A stretch of DNA of 62,284 nt, counting the filler. It is 12 parts of 12 records of this genome, joined end to end, with 100 filler letters (N's around TTAATTAATTAA, not from the genome) between each part and the next. Parts side by side here need not be neighbours in the genome. Positions count along the whole stretch, not along the records: positions 1 to 5,968 come from SRR15195285_3836; positions 6,069 to 9,532 come from SRR15195285_3837; positions 9,633 to 14,688 come from SRR15195285_3838; 9 more parts are not named here. The stretch is one strand, 5' to 3'. Positions within the stretch are counted from its first letter, which is position 1; each line of letters opens with the position of its first letter. Under the pieces are notes generated by a model. The model made no database searches, was not told where the DNA came from, and saw only the letters and a program-made list of their open reading frames with translations. The position numbers were made by a program, and so were the translations under genes. This document shows, in pieces, positions 1-10,627 of this stretch.

Positions 1-406
1 TCTTGCTGAAATCTCACTCATGATTCCTCAAGCTCAAACGTGTCATCGGTCAGTCAATGATGGCTTGTCAATGATTTGGTTCTTCTTGTTGCACACCTGC
101 AGGTGTGGGCCGACGGCTACTTGCGCGAACCGATCAACCGATCGACCGATAACCGTGCGTACTTACACAGGTCAGGTAAATCGCAGGCTAGTGTATATGC
201 TTGTTGCTGCTGGGGTGGTGGTGGAGAGATTCAGAGAGCGCAGACAGACAGGCACAATAATGCAACAACGATGTCGAACGTTCATTGCTCTCTGGGGACC
301 GACACGTGCGGGCACACACGTACGTGCCCCGTTTTTGACTCGAAGCCAACGCAACGCAGGCCAGCATTGATTGATTGATGCTACGTATACAATCTCGTTG
401 GCGTCG

Positions 407-3209
407 TCATGCGAGCACCCAGCCATCATCCTCGCACTCGCACGTCTCGGTGCATCCACCAGTGGCAACCCCGCTGGCCGCCTCCGAGCAGCCGGTGGAT
501 GCAGGGGGCTCTTCTCGCCCCATGATCTCCACACGGGCGCCGGCTGCACTCACTGCTGATAGCTCGAACACCACCGCGCTCGCACTCGCCCCCGCAGCAT
601 CGTCAGTATCGGCGGTGGCGCTGCCACCGCCGCCGGCGTCTCTGGCGGCAGTGCCTTGAGTGGACGCTGATGCATAGTTAATCCAGACAGCAGTGACACC
701 GTCATGCGGTACGATGCGCAGCGTTTTTCCATCCATAGGCTCCAGTGTCGCTGAGATGGCACGCCAAGCACCGGAGTGCCAGTAGACATGCGCATTTGAT
801 AGCACGGTGTCGTGCAGCAGCTTGATCACTTCAAAAGGTTCACCCGTTGTGTTCTCACGAATCTGCTGACCCGTAGGAATATCGAGCGACACACTGCCGG
901 CCACTTTCTCCTGTGCTGGGTTGCCAATCGTCGGATCAGGCGTCCAAAGGTAATAGCACATCCCTACAAGACATCGCCACTCCTTTCGTGAGTTTCAGAT
1001 ATATAAGTATAGAAAACAATTCTTTCCAAGACAAGCTCGAAATACACCCATCTCAATGTAGAACGATAATTGGATGTAAAGGTCGGTTTCCGCCGCACCG
1101 TTTGCCGCTGGCGAGATGAGTACAGACAGGCTCGCTGTGATGTTCGTCATGAACTTGTGAAGGTAGTACGTATCTTGAGTCGAGAGGTAGAGCTGGTAGT
1201 GCATCTGGCCCGTCCAGGAGGACCAGCCGTGTGGTGTGTTCAAGCAGTTGCTCCAGCCGATGCCATAGAAACTCTCCCAGAACCGCATGGAGGCGCCGTT
1301 GCATCGGCTATCCATCGTGCGGTACTCGAGACAGCGGTGGCCCTCCGCAATCTGCTTTGCTGCTGCGATGTAACGGGCGCTGTCGGTTGGCGCCGGAGAG
1401 CCGTGCCGTGCAAACTGTGCCAGCTGCAGTGCGGTGCAGGCAATGGCGCCGTCCTCGTAGGTGCTTTGCCCCTCGGTCCCAATGTTGTCGCCGCGGCTGA
1501 GAAGATCTGCCATGCACGCAGCGATGTGCGGCTGCAACGTCTTTGCGTCACCTTCACGCCCTGGAACGGCTGCTAAGCAGTCCGCCAGGTCCATCAGCGA
1601 CTTCGCAGGGTAGTACACCGAGGTGTAGAAGTTGCCACCGTCAAAGAGTCCGCCGCCTTCTGCCTGGTGTCGCAGCAGGATTTGCGCCAGGTCAAGCGCG
1701 TAGTTCAGAAACCGCTCTGCGTCTGCGGACGGTGGTGTCTGCGCCACGGCTGCAAGATATGTCAAGCGACAAATGTCCATGGCACAGCTCGTGTTCTGGA
1801 TTCTTCCAGGTGCCCCTAGTAGTTCATCCGCATTTGGCTGCTTGATCTTGCGCTTGTCAAACTGGATTGCCATGAGATCAGAGTCGACAAATCTGCCACG
1901 GCAACCGCTTGACCTGTCAGGTTGCTGGCCACGACTCAGACAGAGACATGTTATGGGAAGGGAGTGGAGGGGGGCAGAACAACGACAGAGAAATGCAGGA
2001 GGCAAGAGCTTACCCTTCCAAAAGAGCTTGCCGGCTCGCCGAGCGCCCACCGAAGCGCTGAGCCGTCGCTATTGCAAACGCACTCATGTACTGTTCGCAT
2101 GACTGGCCACACTTCGGCTGCACCCACTTCGCGACGAATGAAGATGCAACGTTCGCATACCAACTGAACTCCCACGGATAGACTGCACTACCGACCACTG
2201 CCGCCTTATCAATGCCCGCTGACTTATAAAACAGTGTCATCGTCAGCGGTGGGAGCGCTAGTGGCATCGGAGCCTTCAGCTTGACGCTGTACGTGGTTGC
2301 CAGGACCGTGGCAGAGGACAGCTTCCGGGTGGCACCCGCTACGAAAGTGAGGTTGGCGTTTCCGGCCATGCCATCGATCTGCTCCTGCGGGTCGGTGTAA
2401 ACCACCAAGTCGCGCTCATTGACGCCCGCCCACGACGTCCACGTGGCGGCTGGCTTGTGCAGAAGCCGCACGGACGCACAGCCAAACGTATCGTCCAGCA
2501 CCTGGTCGTACGCCAGGCCTCCAACCTCACGGGAAGGCAGAGGCACCACGAAAAAGTCCCAGCTACGGGTCTGACCAGCTGTGAAATCGGGCGACGTGTG
2601 GGTGAACCCTGGGTTCCGCGGATCTACGGCGTTGATGAGATCAAACGCGAGAGTGTTCACTCGGTGGCCGCCGTACACACCGTCAAAGAGAACTTGATAG
2701 CTATCGAGCGCCTGGGGTGACGCCCAGAGCAGTGCTTTGCCGTCAGGCGAGAGCATGATCGCAGTCGTCGCACAGCCACTGCCAGGGCCCAGCGAGCCGC
2801 CGCCTGCGACAGTACCACCGGGCATCATCTTCGTGTTGTAGGAAGGGTAGGTCGCCATGCTCATGTCAACGCCAGTCACCACCCGCAGCTGCGACAGTTT
2901 GCCGCCGCCAGGCCCGGCCTTGCAAGTGACGCGCAGCTTGACAGCAGTTCCGTCGTCCGACAGGCCCCAGCCTGCGGACAGTGTGAAGGCGCCACAGGTC
3001 CCGGCGAACAGATTCGCCGTGCCTGTTGCCTTCAGCAGCACTGTGGCGAGCTCGCCGGCCTTGAGCACGGTCTGCAGCGCGAATGCAGAGGGGTCTGCAG
3101 AGGGGTGATATGGATACGTGGTGCCAGCAGCGCTGAGACCCACGAGCTGCCCCACGGGCGAGAGCTTGAACACAGGTGCGCTATCGCTGCTGCTGTCCGT
3201 CGTGGCCAT
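407..3209 (-). CDS. Hypothetical protein with a C-terminal alpha/alpha-toroid (six-hairpin glycosidase-like) region resembling a Bacteroidetes conserved hypothetical family; 3 exons: 3209-2014, 1892-1099, 963-407
   Basis: Three ORFs join in phase through GT..AG introns 2013-1893 (EG|FVDSDL) and 1098-964 (ANG|MCYYLW). Motifs: YTSVYYPAKS, DNIGTEGQSTYEDGAIACTALQL, HRCLE, NGASMRFWESFY, NTPHGWSSW. Confidence 0.7.
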
Positions 3210-3510
3210 CGCGACGGGCTCGGAATGCCGCGGGAGTCAATCAGCAGCAGCGGCAGCGCGGCTGAGTAGTAGAGTGGTTAGCAGCAGCAGCAGCAGCAGC
3301 GCTACAGCAGCAGCGCGCGCTACAGCGCGCGGCTGCTGCGCGCGCGCGTATGGTATATTAGAGCTCTCATCTAAGTACCGTATGCCTATGCGTACGTACC
3401 GTAAATGATATACAGTATTGCATATTATTGTATCGTACCGGTACGTACCTCCTACGGTTACCCTGGTATTTTGGCCGGTATATGTTGCGCGTGGCGAGGT
3501 ACGGGGCAAA

Positions 3511-3598
3511 ACGAGCTCGTCACACGGGTGACGAGCTCGTCACACGCAGAGCGTGAAATTTCCGGTGGTGTGGTGAGCCCCGTCGTGTGACGAGCTCG
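3511..3598. repeat. Cluster of direct and inverted copies of ACGAGCTCGTCACACG
   Basis: Direct copies at 3511-3526 and 3531-3546, an inverted copy at 3584-3598, and a perfect 16-bp palindrome GTGACGAGCTCGTCAC at 3528-3543. Confidence 0.85.
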
Positions 3599-3959
3599 CG
3601 GCACCGAGCTACGGCCGTGTGGCGAGCTCCCTTGGAGCGAGACTATCTGCCAGGTGCGGAGCGTTTTATAGCCGTGCGGCGCCAGACGCTCTCAGAGAGC
3701 GTCTGGCGCCGTGACTCGTCGGCACACAATCTCTCGATAGAATGCGTTGGCCGCGGCCTCTGCCAGCGCCATCTCGTGGGCTGGCACATACCGAAACCAC
3801 CAAAACCAACTGCCACAAACTGATCGTGGCATTATTCGGAGGACGCTGTGACTCGGTCGTTTTACAGATTTCATTTCAACGCTTACTGCCTCCCCTCCCT
3901 TTCACAACCATGGCGCGCCATCAATGTATCCGGCCAAGCTTTTGCCACTACGCGCGGCC

Positions 3960-5582
3960 TCAAGGGCGGCGATTCTCGGGGCAGGCGGATCCGAGGTGCG
4001 CTCGGTATCCAAGGTGGGACTTCGGCTCTGGTATCGTAATTAGCGAATCGTTCATCGTAGTCGCCTGGCGCCATGGCATAGTGAAAGTCGATGTTGAGGT
4101 GTTTGGTGACTTCGTGATGGTAAAGCTGTCTCGTACACTATTGCCAGCGTCGCCATTGCGAACGTACTCCAGTCGCAGCTCGTGATCGCTCTTGACGTGT
4201 ATCCGCGCGTATCCGAAACTATCCTCTCTAAACGCGGACCAGTTTGGTGGAGCATCGGTCCATCCACCACAGCAAAAGCCGTCGCCTGCCATGCCAATTA
4301 CCACATGCACCGTGCCCTCAGGATTATGGTAAGACGCTCCAGTCGTAGCCAATGTCCCATTCACAATAGGGAAAGTCCTTTCGAAAGCGTGCAAGTGCCC
4401 CCACAGTGCCATGTCAACATGGTACTTCGCCATTAGCTGCTGTGGCACGTACGCCTCGCCACAGACCTCCAAGTGCGAGCACACGGGAGGCTTATGCCCA
4501 AAGAGTAACAACCATGGGCGCTTCTGGCGCGCACGAGGCGTGTCCGCTGCTGCGAGTTCTGCTTCGAGCCACTGGTACTGCGCACTGCCAGGATTGAGCG
4601 AGTGTTCCGTCGAGATCGAGATGAAGCGGATGTTTCGGTGCGAAAACGAGTAATAGTAGCGCTCCGGACCCGGCTGTGGTGTGTTGTTGAGCGCTGGCAA
4701 CAGTGGCGTGCGTGGTGGCATTCTGTACCGGCTGTTGTACCGAAGCGACTCGGGATCGCCGGTGGCCGCATGGTCTGGTGCTGGGCCGATCCGTGGAACC
4801 AGGTCGTGGTTCCCTGGGCATATCAGATACGGCTTAGAGCTTGCGAGGAACTCCGTCTCTTCACCAAACTTGTCCCACCACAGTACGTTGGTGGAGAGAT
4901 TGCAGCCATAGTCAGCGTATACGATATCACCGACATGCAGCACTAGCTCGTGCCGCAATCCTGGCCGCTGGCCATCCCACTCGCGCAGCTGCAGCTGCCG
5001 CAGCGTCACATCAGGGCAGCCAGGTGGGTCAGCATCCACCGTGGTGTTCGTCGTGCAATTGACGTCCTGCCCAAGCAGGGGCTCGTGGTCAGACGGAGCT
5101 GTGCCCAAGTCGCCGTAGGCCAGAAAGCTCCACGACGGTACTGGCTTTACGCCACTGGCAGGCGGTGTGGTCAGGTTGTGTACAATCGACCAAGATCCAT
5201 GGCTGCTGCTGCCGACACGAAAGAAGTACCTGGTGTCCGGCAACAGTCCTCGCAGGGTCACGAAGGGAAAGTTGGCGGAATCCATGCCCGGGTGCGCGGC
5301 ATATGACTCCGCACTGACAGTGTTTGTGAGGCTGTCAGACGCGAGACCGTACTGCACGGATGCGAGCCCGCCGCCTGACCGCCATGCGATGACCGGCGCC
5401 CAATCCGCGCCACCACCAGCAAACGGATCCACGGAGAGGTGAATCTGCGACGGCTGCTGCCAGTCGCTGCTCCTAGCAGCCTGAGTGGCGACGGACGCAA
5501 GCACGATTCTCAGCCCACACTGTAGCCCCACCGAGCTGCACAGGAGGCCCCAGCCCCGTACCTTTGCCTGACGCGTACCCAT
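3960..5582 (-). CDS. Purple acid phosphatase (FN3-like N-terminal domain + metallophosphoesterase + PAP C-terminal domain), probably secreted
   Basis: All five PAP metal-ligand blocks are present: GDLG, GDIVY, GNHD, FGHKP, GHLHAFER. N-terminal PSQIHLS...LRGLLPDTRYFFRVGS, C-terminal WSAFREDSFGY. First ATG at 5582, followed by a hydrophobic stretch. Confidence 0.93.
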   Translation of the reverse strand: MGTRQAKVRGWGLLCSSVGLQCGLRIVLASVATQAARSSDWQQPSQIHLSVDPFAGGGADWAPVIAWRSGGGLASVQYGLASDSLTNTVSAESYAAHPGMDSANFPFVTLRGLLPDTRYFFRVGSSSHGSWSIVHNLTTPPASGVKPVPSWSFLAYGDLGTAPSDHEPLLGQDVNCTTNTTVDADPPGCPDVTLRQLQLREWDGQRPGLRHELVLHVGDIVYADYGCNLSTNVLWWDKFGEETEFLASSKPYLICPGNHDLVPRIGPAPDHAATGDPESLRYNSRYRMPPRTPLLPALNNTPQPGPERYYYSFSHRNIRFISISTEHSLNPGSAQYQWLEAELAAADTPRARQKRPWLLLFGHKPPVCSHLEVCGEAYVPQQLMAKYHVDMALWGHLHAFERTFPIVNGTLATTGASYHNPEGTVHVVIGMAGDGFCCGGWTDAPPNWSAFREDSFGYARIHVKSDHELRLEYVRNGDAGNSVRDSFTITKSPNTSTSTFTMPWRQATTMNDSLITIPEPKSHLGYRAHLGSACPENRRP

Positions 5583-5968
5583 CGCCGGGGACCGCGACAG
5601 CGCCAGGACGTTGGCGTCGCGCCCGGGCAGCGCCGCGGTCGCGCCCACGCGAACGAAGTGTAGATGGCGCCCACTAACTGGCTGTCATGTGTACACGCCT
5701 TATAAAGACCTCCCCCTAGCTAGCTAGAGAGATCCATAGAAGCATGATGATGAGTGGAGACTCCGGCCCGTCGGAGCAGGCGGCGCGCGCGTGCGTGTAT
5801 ATACGTATACAGTATATCCATATTATATAATATGCATGCATGTGCATGCGCGCGCGGATGAGCGAGGCACGCCGCGCCGACAAGACTGGGCCGCGGGGGC
5901 CAGAAGCGCGCGCAGCGCGCGGCACGGCCCTGGCATTAGGTGGCTAATTCGATCGATGAGTCGGACTC

Positions 5969-6068
5969 NNNNNNNNNNNNNNNNNNNNNNNNNNNNNNNN
6001 NNNNNNNNNNNNTTAATTAATTAANNNNNNNNNNNNNNNNNNNNNNNNNNNNNNNNNNNNNNNNNNNN
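5969..6068. other. Artificial contig spacer 1 (N44-TTAATTAATTAA-N44)
   Basis: An identical 100-nt linker with six-frame stops occurs 11 times in the window. Confidence 0.99.
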
Positions 6069-8970
6069 TGCGGACCTGCTCGCAGACTGCTTGGCAGCCA
6101 GCCCCATCGTCGCGCTGTTCGAACTGCTTACCCACCTTGATCAGTGACTTCGAGTCTGTATTCACTTCAGTTTCGATGGCCTCAGCATCGAGATCGGTGA
6201 GTGGAGCGGTCAGCCACGTGTGGTGATGGTCGTGGAATTTTGAGGCGGTACTCCACATCTTGTTGAACGGCTCGAAGTCCTTGACAATCTTAGCAACGTT
6301 GCTGTAGTCGGTTTGTTCCAACCCGAAGATGGCTTCGTGCGTGTTGTAAGTCTTTGACCTTTGCTCCAAATCGTCGAGTCTCATCTTGTACTTTTTCGTG
6401 TCAGCAGCAATCTTCTCGAGCTGCGCAAGGTCTGTGTGCCCTCCGTAAGCTGCGACAACGTTGTTCAGCCCCACGATCTCCTGTTCGAACTGCTGCTGCT
6501 CTCCTACCATGATGTTCTGGAATTCCATCTCCGCGTCTACACAGCGCTCTACTCCCATTTCGATCTCCTTGTCCATCTTCATCGGCCACGTGTATGTAGT
6601 CCACTTGAGTTTGTCCATTTCGTCCGGCAATTCATACAAGAACTCGTCCAGCAGGTCGTAGTAGGCCGGAAGCTCGTTGATCAACGGCTGCAACGCCTCG
6701 ACATTTCCTTGGGTGTCCTTCATGTACTGCCGCAGCTCCTGCGCGTGCTCTGGGTTTTTCGCCGGCTTGCGCACCTGCGCACACATGTCGTTCATTTGCT
6801 CGACGATGTGGTTACACTTCTTTGCAGCACTTTCGACCACGAAATCCTGAAGGGCGGCCACGCACTCCTTGTGCTTGGTGGAAAGCTTCGCGCGAGCCGT
6901 TGCTGTGCTGATCTCGAACAGGCCAAGCGAGACTTTCTTGGGCAACTCTGCGATCACCTCGTCAGTGCGGCCCACGTGGTACATCAGTACGCTCTGGATC
7001 TGCTTCAGAGGCACATCCTCACCGCTCAACGCTTCGACGTGGCTCTGAACGGTAGACTTCACGAACTCCTCGTATTTGCTCCACTTCGACAGATACTCCT
7101 GTGCAATTGGAAGCCAGCTCCGCAGCGCGGCTTCGAATTCCCCGCGGCACTGCTGTGGGAGTTTCTCTCCAGCGCTCACGGTCTCAAGCATAGCTTTGTT
7201 GTTTTTCATCAGATGAGCCATGACCTGGTGCTCCACGCCTTCGATAGTGCCGGTCGCTATCAGAGCCTCGTCGTAAGCGTCGAGAGCAGCTTGAACGTAC
7301 TGCTCGGGGTCTAGGTTGTATGATAGGCCACCCTCTGGGCCGTCTTCGGCAACGACCTCCAGATAGAACAACGAGTGTTTCCGCGTGCTTTCTGAAGACA
7401 CGTCCTTAGCATCAGTGATGGTCACCGTGCCGGCTGCAGCCTTGGCAATAAACGTGTTGAACTTCAGGACGGTGTCTTCGATCATGAACCGCAGAGTATC
7501 CTCCATCATTTGCTTGATGGTGCGAATCAGACGCTTGAGCTTACTGAACTCGTAGATGTCGCGATTCTGCTCATTCAGGTTGAACCAGCCCTTGCCAACG
7601 TCACGCAGCGACGATAGGATAATGTTACGGATGGCAGGACTCCACTTGTCCTGCAGCTCTGTGGTAAGCGCCTGGGTCGCCTGCGACTGCATTTGCTTCC
7701 ACTCTGCGAGCTTAACGGTGCGGTTCACATTTGTCTTCAACGGGCTGCTCGCCAGCACCCAGTTGCATTCGTCGCGAATCTTAGCCATCATCGTAACCAC
7801 CTTGGGCTGCGTCAAGAATGAGGCAAACGTGAAGTCGGAAACCTTGTCAAGAAACCCCTCGTTCTCCACGCGCACGCACCCCTGCTGCGGTGCGGGCGGG
7901 CGGGCGGGTTGCTCGGACGGCGGGATGACTACGTGCTTGAACACTTCGTCGACGATGCCCTTCTCCGCACCTTCTTCCTCCGCAGCTTTTGCGGCGGCCA
8001 CGGCTGCATCGAGCACAAACTTGCTCTGCGCGCGCATGTAGTCGAGATTGACTTCATGCAGCAGCGGCGCGACATCTACTTCTTTGTCGCCCGGTGATTT
8101 CAAGTCCTTCGTGCTGAGAGCGCTGGTCAGCATTCGGCTGAGCTGGCCCTGGTCGAGGGGCGGCACGTCTTCCGTCGGCATCGAGTCGACGTACAGGTTA
8201 TACTGCAGCACCTCTTCCGCCTCGTGCCGACGTGCGAACGCATCGGCCACGCGGCGCGCGAAGTCGAACGGGTTCTCTGCCGCGAAGCACACTTCCAGGC
8301 GCGGCACCCACTTCTGAGCGCCGTCGACGATACGTGACACGAGGTAAGTGGTCGTGTCTGGATCGTAGTCCAGCATGAAGCCCTCCACCCACGAGCTGCC
8401 AGGAGCGTCCCCGTCGTTCGCCCACAGCACCTTGCTCGGCACGCCGCGCCCTTCCGCGGCGCCCATGGCTTTCCACTCCTCCGGGTTGCGGCAGTCGAAC
8501 TCGGTGTTGTCGAAGAGCTCCAGAGGCAGGTTGAGGGTCGAGCCGTAGGCCTCGCCGCCAGGGTCGCCGCCGTGCGAGAAGTCGATGCCCTCCTCGCGCA
8601 GCAGCGCGCCCAGGTTCTGCTCGCTGTAGAAGCGCTTCTCGCGCTCGAGCAGCACCTGGCGCGGCGGCTGGCCCGGCTCGGTCTTGTACGGCAGCTGCAG
8701 CTTGGGCTCCGCCGTGCGCGAGAGCTTCACGTCCAGCACCTGCTCCTGCGGGCTGGGCGCGCCCGGCACGCCGAGCGCTCGGATCTTGCTGTCCCAGCTC
8801 TCGCTCACGCGGCCCTTGTCGCTGTAGCGCGAGACGTCCGGCCCCTGCATCGCCTCCTGCCGCAGGCCGTCGCTCACATCGCCGAGGAACTCCGTGTAGA
8901 GCCCGCGCTGCTTGACCGGGGAGGACGGCGCGTCCGTCCCCATCCCACCCCCGCCCCCGCCGCGCCCCAT
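6069..8970 (-). CDS. DNAH1: Axonemal inner-arm dynein heavy chain, N-terminal tail (DNAH1-like), truncated at the contig end within the DHC_N2 region
   Basis: About 970 aa uninterrupted. DNAH1-type tail motifs: LPLELFDNTEFDCRNPEEW, WVPRLEVCFAAENPFDFARRV, YNLYVDSMP, SLRDVGKGWFNL, YNTHEAIFGLEQTDYS, FEPFNKMW. ATG at 8970 (alternative 8943). Confidence 0.88.
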
Positions 8971-9532
8971 CGCCGCCCTACAGGCCCTACCCGCTCGGCC
9001 CCACCCCCCGCAAGGGGGCCGCTGCCTCGCGCAAGCAAGCAAACAAGCAACACTCTTTCTGTTCTGTTCCACCTCAGTTACGCCGTTCCACCTCCTCCAC
9101 CTCCCCGTGCCCCCAAGCACACCCCGAAGCAAGGGAGGCTCCCCGGCCTTCCTCCGGCCTCCCCTGCTCACCCGAGTCGCCCTGCGGCCGGGCAAGCCTC
9201 CCCGGGGGGTAACGGGTAACGGGTAACGGCCCCGTAACGGCCCAGCGGCGACGGCAGGCCCTCAGCCCTCTCAGTTTCCAATGGTATCGGGGATTCGATA
9301 TATTATATATATTCTGCTGTTCAGTTCTCCAGGAAAATCGGTTTCTGCTGAATACACGGATCACGGTGGGTTGGATTCTTGTGGATTGTTGTGGAGGAGA
9401 TTGAACGCACTGATAAATGTGAGAGGCTCCGCGGACGACCACGAGATACTGGATGTTTTTCGCGTACCACTATTGATATTGGTATGCGGTTAAGGCACCA
9501 TCTGTGGATTGAATCCTGACCCAGCCGGTGAT

Positions 9533-9632
9533 NNNNNNNNNNNNNNNNNNNNNNNNNNNNNNNNNNNNNNNNNNNNTTAATTAATTAANNNNNNNNNNNN
9601 NNNNNNNNNNNNNNNNNNNNNNNNNNNNNNNN
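9533..9632. other. Artificial contig spacer 2
   Basis: N44-TTAATTAATTAA-N44. Confidence 0.99.
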
Positions 9633-10627
9633 CACAGCCCGGTTCGAGGCACTGGGAAGAGCCGTGATCCGCTGATCCCCGGCCGATCCAAAAACCGATG
9701 AACATCGAAGCACGGACCCATCCACTGCCCGCCCCCAATTCAGCCCCGGAATCCCACCTTTTTCCACAACTACCCGCCCCCAGAACGATGATTGAGCGAA
9801 CAAATATGAATATGACTGTGAATATCAATATGACTGTGAATGAGAAACAACAAACTCACTGAGAAATCGAGTCGCCGCGTGCTGACCACCTTGTGGACCC
9901 CTCCGACTCGCTGCATTAGAACGGGAATTGTCAACAAAATTGAGTCGATATCCAGTCGACATCGCGTGCTCTGACGTGTAAATGCCAATTCTGTAGAATA
10001 TCGCGAGTGAAATCTGTGGGAAATCTGTGGGATTTCCACTGATCTTTAGGCTAAAACCACGGTATAGGACGCTGAGTGTCCGCGAGCCACCGTTTTCTTC
10101 ACGGGAGAAGGTGGGAGAAGGGTAAGCGTGAGGGTGGGAGTGAGGGTGGGCGTGAGGGTGGGAGAGGAGGAGGCGTCGATTTTGGGGGTTGTGGAGGGAA
10201 AGAAACGGCGGCGGCGTCGTCACGCTGTATTGGTCCGTCCCATGCGCATGGGAGGATGGCGATGTCTTCTCTGGCGGTGACGGCGAGCCGCCTGACGGCT
10301 CCGTCGGTGGATCGCGGCGTGTCGTGACGGGTGTGCGTGGTTGGGAAGGTTGAGGGTGGGGGTGAGGGATCGGAAACCAAAACGAGAGGCGGAAAATAAG
10401 AGGCTGGAGCGCTGCGCCGGTCCGTCAGGCCGGGGCAGCGTCAGGACCTCGCCGCCCGATCCGCTCGCTGTCCCTGTCCCTGTCCCTGTCCCGCCCTAGC
10501 ACAAGCATCTCTCTCGCGCGCGCGCTCGCTGCCCTGAGTCGCAGTAGATCATGTCGGGCTTTGGCGGGAGCGTAAGTATGGCGTGCGGATGACGGGTTTC
10601 CGGTAGCGCTGCACCGCTGCGAGAGCG

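Noticed and set aside
1-378. Possible terminal exon(s) of a plus-strand gene after a CTGCAG acceptor at ~102 (VWADGYLREPINRS...)
   Set aside because: There is no recognisable motif and the region is truncated by the window edge.
3237-3509. ORF with a signal-peptide-like poly-Leu/Ala stretch upstream of the first gene
   Set aside because: It derives from a (CTG)n/GCGC low-complexity tract, has no suitable ATG, and stops before the real start at 3209.
8971-9195. N-terminal extension of the dynein ORF given in the ORF track
   Set aside because: It has a non-ATG start in GC-rich 5'UTR/promoter sequence. The first ATG is at 8970.
9207-9227. (GGGTAAC)3 as a possible telomeric repeat
   Set aside because: There are only three copies, internal to the contig, and the unit is not a canonical telomere repeat.
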